A stretch of 64,000 nt of DNA from an uncultured Verrucomicrobiae bacterium (GCA_963702845.1 OY969763.1:4384001-4448000), one strand, 5' to 3'; shown: positions 1 to 10,016, numbered from the stretch's first letter. Numbers and translations: made by a program. Notes: generated by a model from the sequence alone, not told the origin.

Positions 1-104
1 ATGGGCGGTTTCGATTGGACACTGCGCCGGGTCAATGCCGACGTGAAACCCAACATCAAAAAGGTCACGCCCAAAGCCGACGTGATGCCTCCGATGGACT
101 AGTC

Positions 105-950
105 GTGAAACAAATCGCCACTATCACCGTCATCGGTCGCGACAAAACGGGTGTTGTCGCGCGCATTACCAATTTTCTTTTTGAGCAGCACGCCAACATC
201 GAAGCGCTCGAGGAACAAGTCACTCGTGGCCAATTCAGCATGACGCTGCAGGCTTCCTGGAGCCCAAGCGCCTGCCGCCGGAGCGCGATTGTCGAGGGTT
301 TGCAGAAGTTCGCGCAAACGCTCGGCATGGAAATCAATATCCGCTTCACCGAGCCCAATCGCCGCCAGCGCATGGCCATGATGGTGACGCGCGAACCGCA
401 TTGCGCGCAGGCCATCATGTCCGCGCTCAAGCATGGAAAGCTTAAGACAGACGCCGCAGTGATGATTTCCAACCGCCGCGAACTCGCAGCGATGGGCAAG
501 GATTTCAAAATCCCGTTCGAGTATGTCCCATGGGATGATCGCGGCTCGGCGGAAAAGCAAACGCTCGCTTTGTTGCGAGACTACGAAGTTGATTACGTTG
601 TGCTCGCGCGGTTCATGAAAATTTTGTCGCCGAACTTCGTTTGGCGTTACAAAAATAAAATCATCAACATTCATCCCTCGCTCTTGCCGAGCTTTCCGGG
701 CCCGCAACCCTACCGCCAGGCCTACGAACACGGCGTGAAAATCATCGGGGTCACCGCCCATTTTGTCAGCATGCACCTGGACGAAGGTCCGATCATCGCC
801 CAAGCCAGCGCTCCCATTCAGTCCCACGCTGCACTTAAAGACATCATCGCCATCGGCCAAAAACTCGAATCGAAGGTATTGGTGAAAGGAATTCAACTTT
901 ATCTCAGCAAGAAATTGGATGTCTATTGGGGCGTGGTGAAGGAAGTGTAA
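105..950 (+). CDS. purU: Formyltetrahydrofolate deformylase
   Basis: N-terminal ACT domain (GRDKTGVVARIT) plus formyltransferase motifs LARFMKILS, INIHPSLLPSFPG, GVTAHFV, LDEGPII. Start set at GTG 105 rather than ORF start 15. Confidence 0.93.
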   Translation: MKQIATITVIGRDKTGVVARITNFLFEQHANIEALEEQVTRGQFSMTLQASWSPSACRRSAIVEGLQKFAQTLGMEINIRFTEPNRRQRMAMMVTREPHCAQAIMSALKHGKLKTDAAVMISNRRELAAMGKDFKIPFEYVPWDDRGSAEKQTLALLRDYEVDYVVLARFMKILSPNFVWRYKNKIINIHPSLLPSFPGPQPYRQAYEHGVKIIGVTAHFVSMHLDEGPIIAQASAPIQSHAALKDIIAIGQKLESKVLVKGIQLYLSKKLDVYWGVVKEV

Positions 951-1019
951 AAAGCTCCAGAGAAACTTCCCCTCTTCTCTGGAGTTTGAATTTTGAAGTT
1001 TGCAGTTTAACCTAATCCC

Positions 1020-1982
1020 GTGAGCGATTTACTGACTGGCCTTCTTGCCGCGCTGATTTCCACCAATCCAGCCGCTGGGGTAAGTAACGTCATCCACAAC
1101 ACAACCGGCATCGCACCCAAAATCGAAATCGCCAACCCAAACGATCCTGTCGAGAAGCAATACCTCCAACTCCTCGCTGACGACAATGCAGCCCAGGAAG
1201 AAGTCGATAAATGGATCCGCGACAACGAAGCATTCCGCCAAAAAGGCGCCGCGGCGCCCGAAGGCACCTTGCGCCTGCGCATCGAACAACGCTTCGAGCC
1301 TGTAACAAAAGCCTACGAAAGTTTTCTTCAGGAACATCCGAACCACACCAAGGCGCGGCTCGCGTATGGCAGTTTTCTCAACGATATCCATGACGAGGAG
1401 GGCGCAGTAAAGCAGTGGGAAAAAGCACGCGAACTCGACCCTAAAGATCCGGCGGCGTGGAACAATCTCGCAAATATTTATGCCCATCGCAGTCCGATTA
1501 AAAAAGGTTTTGAGTACTACGAAAAAGCGATCGAACTGAATCCGAAGGAACCAGTCTACATCGAAAATCTGGCTGTGTGCGTCTACATGTTCCGAACCGA
1601 CGCGAAAGAATATTACCATCTCACCGAAGATCAGGTGTTCGACAAGGCACTCGCGCTTTACCGGCAGGCGATGAAACTGGATCCGAGCAATTTTCTGCTC
1701 GCCAGTGACTACGCGCAAAGTTTCTACGGCACGAAACCGCCCCGCTATAAAGATGGGCTCGACGCGTGGAAAAACGTTTTGCCGCTCGCGCGAGATGAGA
1801 TCGAACGCGAAGGCGTTTTCATCCATCTTGCGCGGATTGAAACCAAGCTCGGTGACTTCCCCGACGCTCAAAAACATCTCAGCGTTGTGACCAACGACAT
1901 GTACGCCGGGATCAAGAAAACGCTGACCAGGAACTTAAAAGAAGCGCAGGAAAAGATGACCAATTCGACTCCAATTCGCTAA
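1020..1982 (+). CDS. Tetratricopeptide repeat protein, probably exported
   Basis: Repeated TPR-like helices (WEKARELDPKDPAAWNNLA, YEKAIELNPKEP, YRQAMKLDPSN) and a hydrophobic N-terminus. Confidence 0.85.
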   Translation: MSDLLTGLLAALISTNPAAGVSNVIHNTTGIAPKIEIANPNDPVEKQYLQLLADDNAAQEEVDKWIRDNEAFRQKGAAAPEGTLRLRIEQRFEPVTKAYESFLQEHPNHTKARLAYGSFLNDIHDEEGAVKQWEKARELDPKDPAAWNNLANIYAHRSPIKKGFEYYEKAIELNPKEPVYIENLAVCVYMFRTDAKEYYHLTEDQVFDKALALYRQAMKLDPSNFLLASDYAQSFYGTKPPRYKDGLDAWKNVLPLARDEIEREGVFIHLARIETKLGDFPDAQKHLSVVTNDMYAGIKKTLTRNLKEAQEKMTNSTPIR

Positions 1983-2015
1983 CCCAGCGCGGCACGATTT
2001 CGGTGTTATTTCGAA

Positions 2016-2055
2016 AAGCAAAAATCCGAACGACGCCCATCGTTCGGATTTTTTT
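2016..2055. terminator. Bidirectional intrinsic terminator
   Basis: AAAAATCCGAACGA-cgccca-TCGTTCGGATTTTT inverted repeat with A and T tracts on both sides, between convergent genes. Confidence 0.8.
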
Positions 2056-2355
2056 CGATAGTGAGATCGATAGTGGGTGATGAGGGCATTTCCACCGTCA
2101 CCCGCGGCGGCTTATGAAATAATGAGGTTTCCGATCCGTTCCTGTCCGCCTCATTATAAGCGATGTCCTCTCCGCTGTTTCTCTGGACAGAGCGCTATCA
2201 CAACAGAAAACCTGTTGCGCTGCAAGTACTTTTGATATCAGGTTGCTGTAGGGCAATGCCTCACACCCGCATAGAACAAGACACTACAATCATTAGAATC
2301 ACTTATTTTCAATCCAGTCGCTTTAGTTATTTCGATTCTGTATTTAATCGCTCGG

Positions 2356-3216
2356 TTACAGGTACTTGGCGATGATCGGGCTCAGTTTTTTGATGGTACC
2401 TTTTGGCCAGCAACTGCGTTCGGTCATAATCGCATTACGCAATGCGTTGTGACAAGGCCAGTTCGGCTGCTTCGGAATTTGCGGTAACACGCGCTTGATG
2501 ATCGCTTTGGCTTGCTCCGCGTTTTTGCGCAGGTTGGCCACGACCATATCGACGGTGACGTGCGCTTCGTCAACTTTCCACGCGTCGTAGTCGGTAATCA
2601 TCGCCATCGTGGAATACGCAATTTCAGCTTCGCGGGCGCACTTGGCTTCGCCCAGGTTCGTCATGCCGATGACGTCGTAACCGAGCTTGTGATTCGTAAT
2701 CGATTCCGCGCGCGTGCTGAAGGCCGGGCCTTCCATGTTCACGTAAGCGCCACCGTTATGGACGCGGGCGCGTTCGGCTTTCGCGGCTTTGTAGATCAAC
2801 GAGCGAAGTTCATTGCAAATCGGGTCGGCGAAGGCGATGTGGCCGACGATACCATTTCCGAAAAACGTATGCTCGAATGAACGCTTGGTGCGATCGACGA
2901 ATTGATCGGGCAAGACGATGTCGCACGGTTTGTATTTTGCTTGCAACGAACCGACGGCGCTCACGCTGATAATCCAGGCGACGTTCAGCATTTTCATGCC
3001 GTAGATATTGGCGCGATGGTTCAACTCGCTCGGCAGGACGCGATGACCGCGACCATGGCGTGGGAGGAAGACCACTTCGCGGCCGGCGAGTTCGCCGGTG
3101 AGGTAATCATCCGAGGGCGTGCCAAAGGGAGTTTTGACTTTCACCCATTTTTGTTTGGTGAAGCCTTCGATGTGATACAGGCCGCTGCCGCCGATTAGTC
3201 CGATACGATTGTTCAT
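2356..3216 (-). CDS. mtnP: S-methyl-5'-thioadenosine phosphorylase
   Basis: IGLIGGSGLY, FLPRHGRGH, SAVGSL, EGPAFSTRAES, IGMT and TDYD motifs. Start set at MNNRIG. Confidence 0.92.
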   Translation of the reverse strand: MNNRIGLIGGSGLYHIEGFTKQKWVKVKTPFGTPSDDYLTGELAGREVVFLPRHGRGHRVLPSELNHRANIYGMKMLNVAWIISVSAVGSLQAKYKPCDIVLPDQFVDRTKRSFEHTFFGNGIVGHIAFADPICNELRSLIYKAAKAERARVHNGGAYVNMEGPAFSTRAESITNHKLGYDVIGMTNLGEAKCAREAEIAYSTMAMITDYDAWKVDEAHVTVDMVVANLRKNAEQAKAIIKRVLPQIPKQPNWPCHNALRNAIMTERSCWPKGTIKKLSPIIAKYL

Positions 3217-3264
3217 ACAAAAAGTGTTGAGATAAGCTCTCGCTGTGCCCGGGTCAAGCAACGC

Positions 3265-3942
3265 TTACAGCATTCGCGCCACGTAATGCAGCACTTGATG
3301 ATTGCAGTGTACCCATAAACCGAGCGCGTCGACGATGTCCCGATGCGCGACCATCGGAACGCCGATGAGCAACACGAACGCGTTGCCCAAAAAAATCACG
3401 ACGCCCGAAAACAAGTAGCCCTGGCTCGTGATGTCGCTCTGGCGCGTCTTCAAAATGTGCCACGTCAACGTGAGGTGGAACGCATAGGCCGCGCCGAGCA
3501 GCAGATGGAACCACGTGATGTAACGGGTCCAGTGCCAGATAAAATTCCCGATCACAAACAGCAGCACCAACAGCACCGCGTAGAGCGGAAAAAAATACGG
3601 CGCCAGCGCGATGACGAAGTTATTCTTCGTCACGATGACGTGGCCGCCTTCGGAAGTTGCTTTGAACTTCTTTACTTTGCCGCCGAAAAACCAGGTCCAG
3701 ACGGCATGCGTTAATTCGTGACCGACGACGTAAACCCACATCGGTTTCGGCAAGAGCACAAACACCACGACCCAGCAAGCTGCGCCGGCCAGCATCGGCA
3801 ACCAGATTTCATGCGCGCCACCGGAGTGGCTGAACACGGCCCAAAGCGCCTTCGTGGTGCCGATGCAGATCGGCAGCAACAGAACGGCGACAAGGAATTT
3901 TACCCACTTTGGCACTGGCCCGAGCTTCGGAAAAAATCCCAC
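3265..3942 (-). CDS. Membrane zinc metallopeptidase-like protein (M50B-like)
   Basis: Multiple TM segments, HELTH (HExxH) motif, downstream LAPY and SD motifs. Confidence 0.7.
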   Translation of the reverse strand: MGFFPKLGPVPKWVKFLVAVLLLPICIGTTKALWAVFSHSGGAHEIWLPMLAGAACWVVVFVLLPKPMWVYVVGHELTHAVWTWFFGGKVKKFKATSEGGHVIVTKNNFVIALAPYFFPLYAVLLVLLFVIGNFIWHWTRYITWFHLLLGAAYAFHLTLTWHILKTRQSDITSQGYLFSGVVIFLGNAFVLLIGVPMVAHRDIVDALGLWVHCNHQVLHYVARML

Positions 3943-3969
3943 GTCATGCGAGAATTATCTGCATCGGGC

Positions 3970-5172
3970 TTAGTTCGCCAATTCGTAGGCGTAGCCTTTC
4001 AAGTATTCCGTTTCGGCCACCGACGGCAGAACCGGGTGGTCCGGCGACTGGGTGTAGGCGGCGACTCGGCGTAATAAGCGACGCGCGTCGTAGGCAGCGT
4101 CCAAAATCACGGCCTCAAACATCTCTGAATCGACGTGGTGCGAGCAACAGAATGTCGCGAGCGTTCCGCCGGGGCGGAGCAGCTTGAGCGCGCGCAAATG
4201 GATTTCTTTGTAGCCGCGCATGGCGTCGGGAATGGCGGAGCGTGTGCGGGTGAACGACGGCGGGTCGAGGATGATGCCGTCGAATTTCGGGACGACTTTC
4301 TCGTGCGGACGGACCGCGGTTTGGGCTTTCAGGAAATCGAAGACGTTGACGGTCTCGAAGGTGCACTTATTGGCGAGTCCGTTCTTTTGGGCGTGACGTT
4401 GGGCGGCAGCGTTGGCGTCGGCGCTTTGGTCGAGGGCGTGGACTTGGACGGCGCCGGCTCGCGCGCAATGCAGGGCGAATCCGCCCATGAAGCTAAAACA
4501 GTCGAGGACCTGGCCGCGATTGATCAGCTCGGCGACGAGTTGGTAATTGCGCTGTTGGTCGAGGTAGAGGCCGGTTTTGTGGCCACCGGCAATGTCGACG
4601 TCGAATTTGAGACCGTTCAGTTCAATTGGCACCGGGCCTTCGAGGGAACCGACGAGGACACCGTTGGCTTCGGCGAGTCCTTCGAATTTGCGGAAGCTGG
4701 CTTCGCTACGTTCCACGATGGCGCGCGGCGAGAAGACTTCAATCAAGGCGTCGAGGATAAGCGGTTTGCGCTGGTCCATCGCCAACGACGAAATCTGCAC
4801 GACGAGGACGTCGGCATATTTGTCGACGATGAGGCCGCTCAAAAAATCGCTCTCGGCGTTGACGACGCGAAAGGAGTTAGCTTTGGGCAGATGCCGTTTT
4901 CGGATGTCGAGGGCGGCGCGGATGCGACTGACAAAAAAGGCGAGGTCGATCTCGACCTTTTCCGGCGCAATCATGCGGACGCTGATCTTGGACTTGGAAT
5001 TGTAAAAGCCGACGCCAAGGAATCGTTGGCGATGGTCTTTGACCTGGACGAGCACGCCGTCTTCCGCAGGAGCGGTGAGGCGGATGATGGAACCGGAATA
5101 GATCCACGGATGACCGGCAATAACGCGATCGGCTTCGCCTGGACGTAGTAAGACAGTTGATAATGTTTGCAT
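3970..5172 (-). CDS. rlmI: RlmI/RlmK-family SAM-dependent rRNA methyltransferase
   Basis: N-terminal PUA domain (GHPWIY), ESDFLSGLIVD, GHKTGLYLDQ, LDPPSF, ETEYLKG. Confidence 0.85.
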   Translation of the reverse strand: MQTLSTVLLRPGEADRVIAGHPWIYSGSIIRLTAPAEDGVLVQVKDHRQRFLGVGFYNSKSKISVRMIAPEKVEIDLAFFVSRIRAALDIRKRHLPKANSFRVVNAESDFLSGLIVDKYADVLVVQISSLAMDQRKPLILDALIEVFSPRAIVERSEASFRKFEGLAEANGVLVGSLEGPVPIELNGLKFDVDIAGGHKTGLYLDQQRNYQLVAELINRGQVLDCFSFMGGFALHCARAGAVQVHALDQSADANAAAQRHAQKNGLANKCTFETVNVFDFLKAQTAVRPHEKVVPKFDGIILDPPSFTRTRSAIPDAMRGYKEIHLRALKLLRPGGTLATFCCSHHVDSEMFEAVILDAAYDARRLLRRVAAYTQSPDHPVLPSVAETEYLKGYAYELAN

Positions 5173-5309
5173 GGTTGTAAACAGGACGCAGACAATAGAC
5201 CATCAACACGGCAAGAGACCAAGGGTGAAAAATTTTGTCGCCCCATCCAATGTTCAACGGAATTGCTCGAAGATGTGTCTCGCGAAGGACGCAATGGGTG
5301 CGAAGGTCT

Positions 5310-5490
5310 GAATGGAACATCGTTGGTTTCAAGTTGTGGCGTTGGTTTCATAGTGGTTTGGTACAAATATTTTTTTGGGTTTAAGTGGACACAGGGGGTC
5401 GTTGTTGGACGAAATTGGATGTTAATGGGCGAAAGTGGGCACCCCCCTCTGGTCGAAAATGGACGAAAGTGGGCAGGCATTGGTAGCAAG
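5310..5490. repeat. Helically phased TGG(A/G)C short-motif array
   Basis: TGG-led units at 5376, 5386, 5406, 5416, 5426, 5436, then 5450, 5460, 5470, 5481. TGGTTT at 5324, 5343, 5354. Confidence 0.7.
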
Positions 5491-5621
5491 CAAGCCGGAG
5501 TCACCATCGACAAAGAATTGTCGTGGCTCGCCCGGTTCGGTGCGGGAATCAAAATCGCCGCGCTGTCTTTATGTTGCATGTATCGCATAACGCGACCGAT
5601 GATGCCATAAAGTCGCTACGC

Positions 5622-5718
5622 GTCAAAAAATGTAGGGAAAGCAGGGAAACCAGGGAAAGAAACAGCACTTTTTCTGCACTAAATCTCACCACCAAGACAC
5701 CAAGGCACAAAGAATGCT
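5622..5718. repeat. Direct repeat copy 1 flanking the cupin gene
   Basis: Shares an identical 25-mer AGGGAAAGAAACAGCACTTTTTCTG (5652-5676) and CAAGGCACAAAGA with 6820-6900. Confidence 0.85.
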
Positions 5719-5897
5719 AAGGGTAAAAAAGTCGAGTCAACGCAAAGGCGCAAAGATAGGAAGACGCGAAGAACGAAGGAAATTAACAGGAACTTCGAAC
5801 GTCCAGCATCGAACGACAGACGGAGCAAAGAGGATTTGGAACTCAGGAAAATAAAACCCGGATGCGGAGAAACTTGTGCAGAGGGATGCGGCGCGAC

Positions 5898-6557
5898 TCA
5901 CAGCTTCACGTTGTAACGTTGCATGATATCGTTGAGTAATTCGAAGTGGAACTCGATGTCGTGATGCGTGGCCAAAGCGCTCACGGCCTCTCGTTTGGGA
6001 TGGCCGTTTTGAAACAGGTCGGCGAGTTCGTTCATGAAGCGCTCGTGTCCTCCGGGAACATAGATTTCCACGCAGCGCGCCTGTCCCGGGCCGGCGTTCC
6101 AGAACGCGTGGATAAGGCCACGGGGGCGTAGATGCCAACCGCCGGCGGGAACAGCAGTCACCTGCTTATCTACCAGGATATGCACCGTCCCCTCTAACAC
6201 GCGGCAGATTTCATCAAACCCACGGTGAAGATGCGGAACCGCGCCGATTGTTCCCGGCTCCAAAACCAATTCTGTGCTTCCCAACAGACCGTCCGTGTCT
6301 TCACTGTTCATCTTGAAGGCGATTTGAGCGAATTTCCCGTGGCGTCGTGCGTTCGGGGCGATGTAGACAGCTTGACGCTGCAGTTTTGCCTCCGAGGCGG
6401 AAGGTTTGGGCAGCGGGGCTTCGTCGGCTGCGCGAGCCGTGCTATAACCCGCGGTCACCGCTGCTGCCGCCAGCCATTTGATCAGATCGCGCCGGTTAAC
6501 AATTTCGGCAGGCGCGCGGCGGTTCGAGGACGCAGCGGAACGATCAAACTTTTGCAT
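5898..6557 (-). CDS. Tat-exported cupin domain protein
   Basis: NRRDLIK twin-arginine signal followed by a hydrophobic stretch and ARA cleavage site. Cupin motifs PHLHRGFDE and PRGLIHAFWN. Start uncertain. Confidence 0.8.
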   Translation of the reverse strand: MQKFDRSAASSNRRAPAEIVNRRDLIKWLAAAAVTAGYSTARAADEAPLPKPSASEAKLQRQAVYIAPNARRHGKFAQIAFKMNSEDTDGLLGSTELVLEPGTIGAVPHLHRGFDEICRVLEGTVHILVDKQVTAVPAGGWHLRPRGLIHAFWNAGPGQARCVEIYVPGGHERFMNELADLFQNGHPKREAVSALATHHDIEFHFELLNDIMQRYNVKL

Positions 6558-6819
6558 GACAAGATGTTCGCTTGTTCGAAAGGCCAAACCCAGACATATG
6601 ACTGAATTTTTTGCTCCTTCGCTTCGATTGCGGGACTCAGCCGGAAGACGTCGGAACTGATGCCTTTTTCCTTTCCGACTGTACAGGTGCGAGCGCGCTG
6701 GAATGGGTGACGACATTGTATCGCATAGCTGGCCTTTCTTTGTTGCGATGAGCGTTATTGCGCATCAGTCTGAGTTATTTGTCGGAACGAGGGCGAGCCA
6801 TACGTGAAGTAACGCAACT

Positions 6820-6900
6820 GTCAAACAATGTAGGAAAAGGAGGGAAAGAAACAGCACTTTTTCTGGACAAAATTTAACGCAACAAGGCACAAAGATTGCT
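6820..6900. repeat. Direct repeat copy 2 flanking the cupin gene
   Basis: 25-mer at 6841-6865 identical to 5652-5676. Confidence 0.85.
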
Positions 6901-7042
6901 GAGCGGTTTTCCAGCCACGGGTCAAACACGGATGGGAAAAACCACAGAGCCGAGGGCAAACGACCGAATCAGAAACGCAAACCGAGATCGGCCATTACGC
7001 CCGTATTTGACATCACTCGCACAAGTGGAAACGTAGTTAATT

Positions 7043-8086
7043 ATGATCGAGAACGTAGATACAGTCGTTCCCAGATTCGTTCCGGTTTTGTCAGCCGAGG
7101 AGACGATTGAGCCAGCACTCCAACAAATTCCAGACGATGGTCCCCTGCTCGATGCATACTCATCGACAGTCACCGGTGTTGTGGAAAAAGTTGCGGCATC
7201 TGTGGTGAACATTCGCGTGCGCAGTGGCGAAGGGCAGCGCGGAAACGGCGGAACGGGTTCAGGCGTTGTCATTGCACAAGATGGATTCATTCTGACCAAC
7301 AGCCACGTTGTCCACGGCGCGAACGAAATTCAGGTGACCCTCGCCGATGGACGAAATTTCATCGGCCAGCTCGTTGGTGAAGATCCTTCCAGCGATCTGG
7401 CGGTGGTGCGCATCAATGCGCCGCGATTGTCGCATGCGGAATTTGCTGATTCCAAATCCGTCCGCGTTGGCCAAATTGCGATCGCGATTGGCAGTCCCTA
7501 TGGCTTTCATCAAACCGTGACCGCAGGAATCGTCAGCGCACTTGGTCGTTCGATGCGTTCGCAAGCGGGACGCTTGATCGACGACGTCATTCAAACCGAC
7601 GCGGCCTTGAATCCCGGCAACTCCGGTGGGCCACTTGTGAATTCTCTCGGCGAAATCATCGGCATCAACACGGCCGTGATTCTTCCCGCGCAAGGCATTT
7701 GCTTGGCCATCGCCAGCAACACCGCGGAATTTGTCGCAGCCTGGCTGATCAAAGAAGGTCGCATCCGCCGCGGATGGATTGGTGTAATCGGCCAAAATGT
7801 TCCGATTCACCGTCGCATTGTCCGGTTTTACAAATTGCCAGCCGACAGGGGAGTGCTTGTCGCTGGCATCGAACCGGGCAGCCCCGCGAGCCGCGCCGGC
7901 CTGCAGGATGGGGATGTCATCGTTGGTTTTGACGAGCGGGTCATTGGAGGTATCGATGACCTGCAACGCGCTCTGGTGAGTGACTTCATTGGCATCCCGG
8001 CGCGTCTTGGAATCATCCGGCATACGGAAAAATTGGACCTGACCGTCGTGCCCGAAGAGGCGATGGAAAATGTTTCCCGCAACTAA
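7043..8086 (+). CDS. HtrA/DegP-like serine protease (trypsin + one PDZ)
   Basis: TNSHVV, DLAV and TDAALNPGNSGGPL catalytic triad motifs, C-terminal PDZ. No obvious signal peptide. Confidence 0.92.
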   Translation: MIENVDTVVPRFVPVLSAEETIEPALQQIPDDGPLLDAYSSTVTGVVEKVAASVVNIRVRSGEGQRGNGGTGSGVVIAQDGFILTNSHVVHGANEIQVTLADGRNFIGQLVGEDPSSDLAVVRINAPRLSHAEFADSKSVRVGQIAIAIGSPYGFHQTVTAGIVSALGRSMRSQAGRLIDDVIQTDAALNPGNSGGPLVNSLGEIIGINTAVILPAQGICLAIASNTAEFVAAWLIKEGRIRRGWIGVIGQNVPIHRRIVRFYKLPADRGVLVAGIEPGSPASRAGLQDGDVIVGFDERVIGGIDDLQRALVSDFIGIPARLGIIRHTEKLDLTVVPEEAMENVSRN

Positions 8087-8154
8087 CGCCGCGGGTCGGT
8101 TGATGGTATTGACATATTTCCTTATCAGCTCGGGTTGTCGAACACTACACAATA

Positions 8155-8182
8155 TTGACACGCCGTTGCTTCACGTTATAAT
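8155..8182 (+). promoter_or_regulatory. Consensus sigma70 promoter (member of dispersed element family)
   Basis: TTGACA-cgccgttgcttcacgt(16)-TATAAT, with boxA-like GATCTTTGACAA downstream at 8234-8245. Confidence 0.8.
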
Positions 8183-8448
8183 GCCTTTGGCTGCTGGTGC
8201 TTACCAGCTTCGGTTTGCAGTGCGACCCGATATGATCTTTGACAAAAGTAGAAACATTTCCTTCTACTAATTTTCTCCACTTGGCAACTAATTGCCGGAA
8301 GTAGAAGGAAGTTGCCAGAAGTAGAAACATTCCGATGATATTTTTTCGGACGTCGCCGTTGAAGGTCTATTTAGCCACGAGGATCGCATAGAGCGCAAAG
8401 AATAGAACGCTTGCAAAATGGGATTTGGAAGAGGAAGTTTTAGGGCAA

Positions 8449-9942
8449 ATGGCTAGCGATTCTAACCTGTGCCCGGAGGTCTGCCCAAGCGGCGTTCCGG
8501 GGTTGGACATGGTGCTTTGTGGCGGGTTTCCGCGTAATCGCCTGTATCTGATTGAAGGAGATTCGGGCGTGGGTAAAACGACGCTGGCGTTGCAGTTTTT
8601 GCTGGAAGGCGTGCGGATGAACGAACGTTGCCTCTACGTTACTTTATCTGAAACCAAAGATGAACTGTTGCAGGTGGCCAAGTCGCATGGTTGGTCGTTG
8701 GATAAATTGAACCTGCTCGAGTTGTCGGCGATCGAGCAACAACTGAAGTCGGAGACCGAACATACGTTTTTTCATCCGTCGGAAGTGGAGTTGAATAAAA
8801 CGACGAGAATCCTGACGGACGAAATCGAAAGAATTAAACCGAGCCGGATAGTCTTTGATTCACTTTCGGAGATGCGGCTGATGGCGGAAACGGCGTTGCG
8901 TTATCGACGGCAAATCCTGAGCTTAAAACAGTTCCTAGCCGGCAAGAATGCCACAATTCTGTTACTGGACGATAACTCCACGAACGAAAAAGACCAACAG
9001 GTGCGGAGTCTTGCGCACGGAGTTTTGAGCCTGCAAAAAACTTCGCCTGTTTACGGTATCAACCGGCGCAATCTGATTGTGGAAAAGATTCGTGGCGTGA
9101 AATTTCGGGAAGGTTTCCACGAGTACGCGATTGAGAGAGGCGGTATCAATGTTTATCCACGACTGGTTGCGGCGGAGCATCATACTACGTTCAAACGCGA
9201 ATCGGTATCCAGCGGCATCAAGGAGTTCGATCAACTTCTCGGGGGCGGTTTCGATCGTGGCACCAGCTCGATCATTTTGGGACCACCCGGAACGGGCAAA
9301 TCGACTTTGGCAATCCGCCAGGCCTTTTGTGCGGGTAACCGGGGTGAGCAGGTAAATTTTTATTTGTTCGATGAAACATTGGGAACGTTTCTGTCGCGGG
9401 CTGCATTCCTGGGAATGGATTTGGAACCACTGATGAAGAAAGGGCTGGTGATCGTGGATCAGGTGGATCCCGCGGAAATCCTGCCAGGCGAATTAATGAA
9501 CCGGATTCGTCGCGCGGTGAGCATCGACAAGTCGCGCATGATCGTGATCGACAGCATCAATGGCTACCTCAATGCGATGCCCGACGACCGGTATCTGAGC
9601 ATGCAATTGCACGAGTTGCTGGCGTACCTTAATCAGCAGGGAGTCATTTCATTGCTGCTTCTTGCCCAACAAGGCCTGGTCGGAACCATGCAAAGCATCG
9701 TTGATCTGACCTATCTGGCGGATACGGTGGTGTTGCTGCGTTTCTTCGAGGCGATGGGCGAAGTGAAACAGGCGATTTCCGTGATGAAAAAGCGCAGCGG
9801 CGACCACGAGCGGACGATTCGCGAATTCAGGGTGGGCAAGGGTGGTATTTCGGTGGGCGCGCCGCTGAAGGATTTTCACGGTGTATTGACGGGAGTTCCG
9901 ACATTTGTGGGTGGGTCCGAGAAAATGTTAGAGAAAAAGTGA
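8449..9942 (+). CDS. KaiC-like double-domain RecA-superfamily ATPase
   Basis: Two P-loops (GDSGVGKT, GPPGTGKS), VFDS/VIDS Walker B, KIRG and KKRSG arginine-finger motifs. Confidence 0.92.
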   Translation: MASDSNLCPEVCPSGVPGLDMVLCGGFPRNRLYLIEGDSGVGKTTLALQFLLEGVRMNERCLYVTLSETKDELLQVAKSHGWSLDKLNLLELSAIEQQLKSETEHTFFHPSEVELNKTTRILTDEIERIKPSRIVFDSLSEMRLMAETALRYRRQILSLKQFLAGKNATILLLDDNSTNEKDQQVRSLAHGVLSLQKTSPVYGINRRNLIVEKIRGVKFREGFHEYAIERGGINVYPRLVAAEHHTTFKRESVSSGIKEFDQLLGGGFDRGTSSIILGPPGTGKSTLAIRQAFCAGNRGEQVNFYLFDETLGTFLSRAAFLGMDLEPLMKKGLVIVDQVDPAEILPGELMNRIRRAVSIDKSRMIVIDSINGYLNAMPDDRYLSMQLHELLAYLNQQGVISLLLLAQQGLVGTMQSIVDLTYLADTVVLLRFFEAMGEVKQAISVMKKRSGDHERTIREFRVGKGGISVGAPLKDFHGVLTGVPTFVGGSEKMLEKK

Positions 9943-10016
9943 ACGATGCTTCTCGCTCGCCAGCAAATTTCCCATAGCTTACGCGAAAAACTACCTTAGA
10001 GTGCAGCGTTAAAGTC

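Noticed and set aside
4971..5720. ORFs 4971-5588, 5167-5610 and 5523-5720 as genes
   Set aside because: No protein motifs; they run through phased repeats and promoter-like elements.
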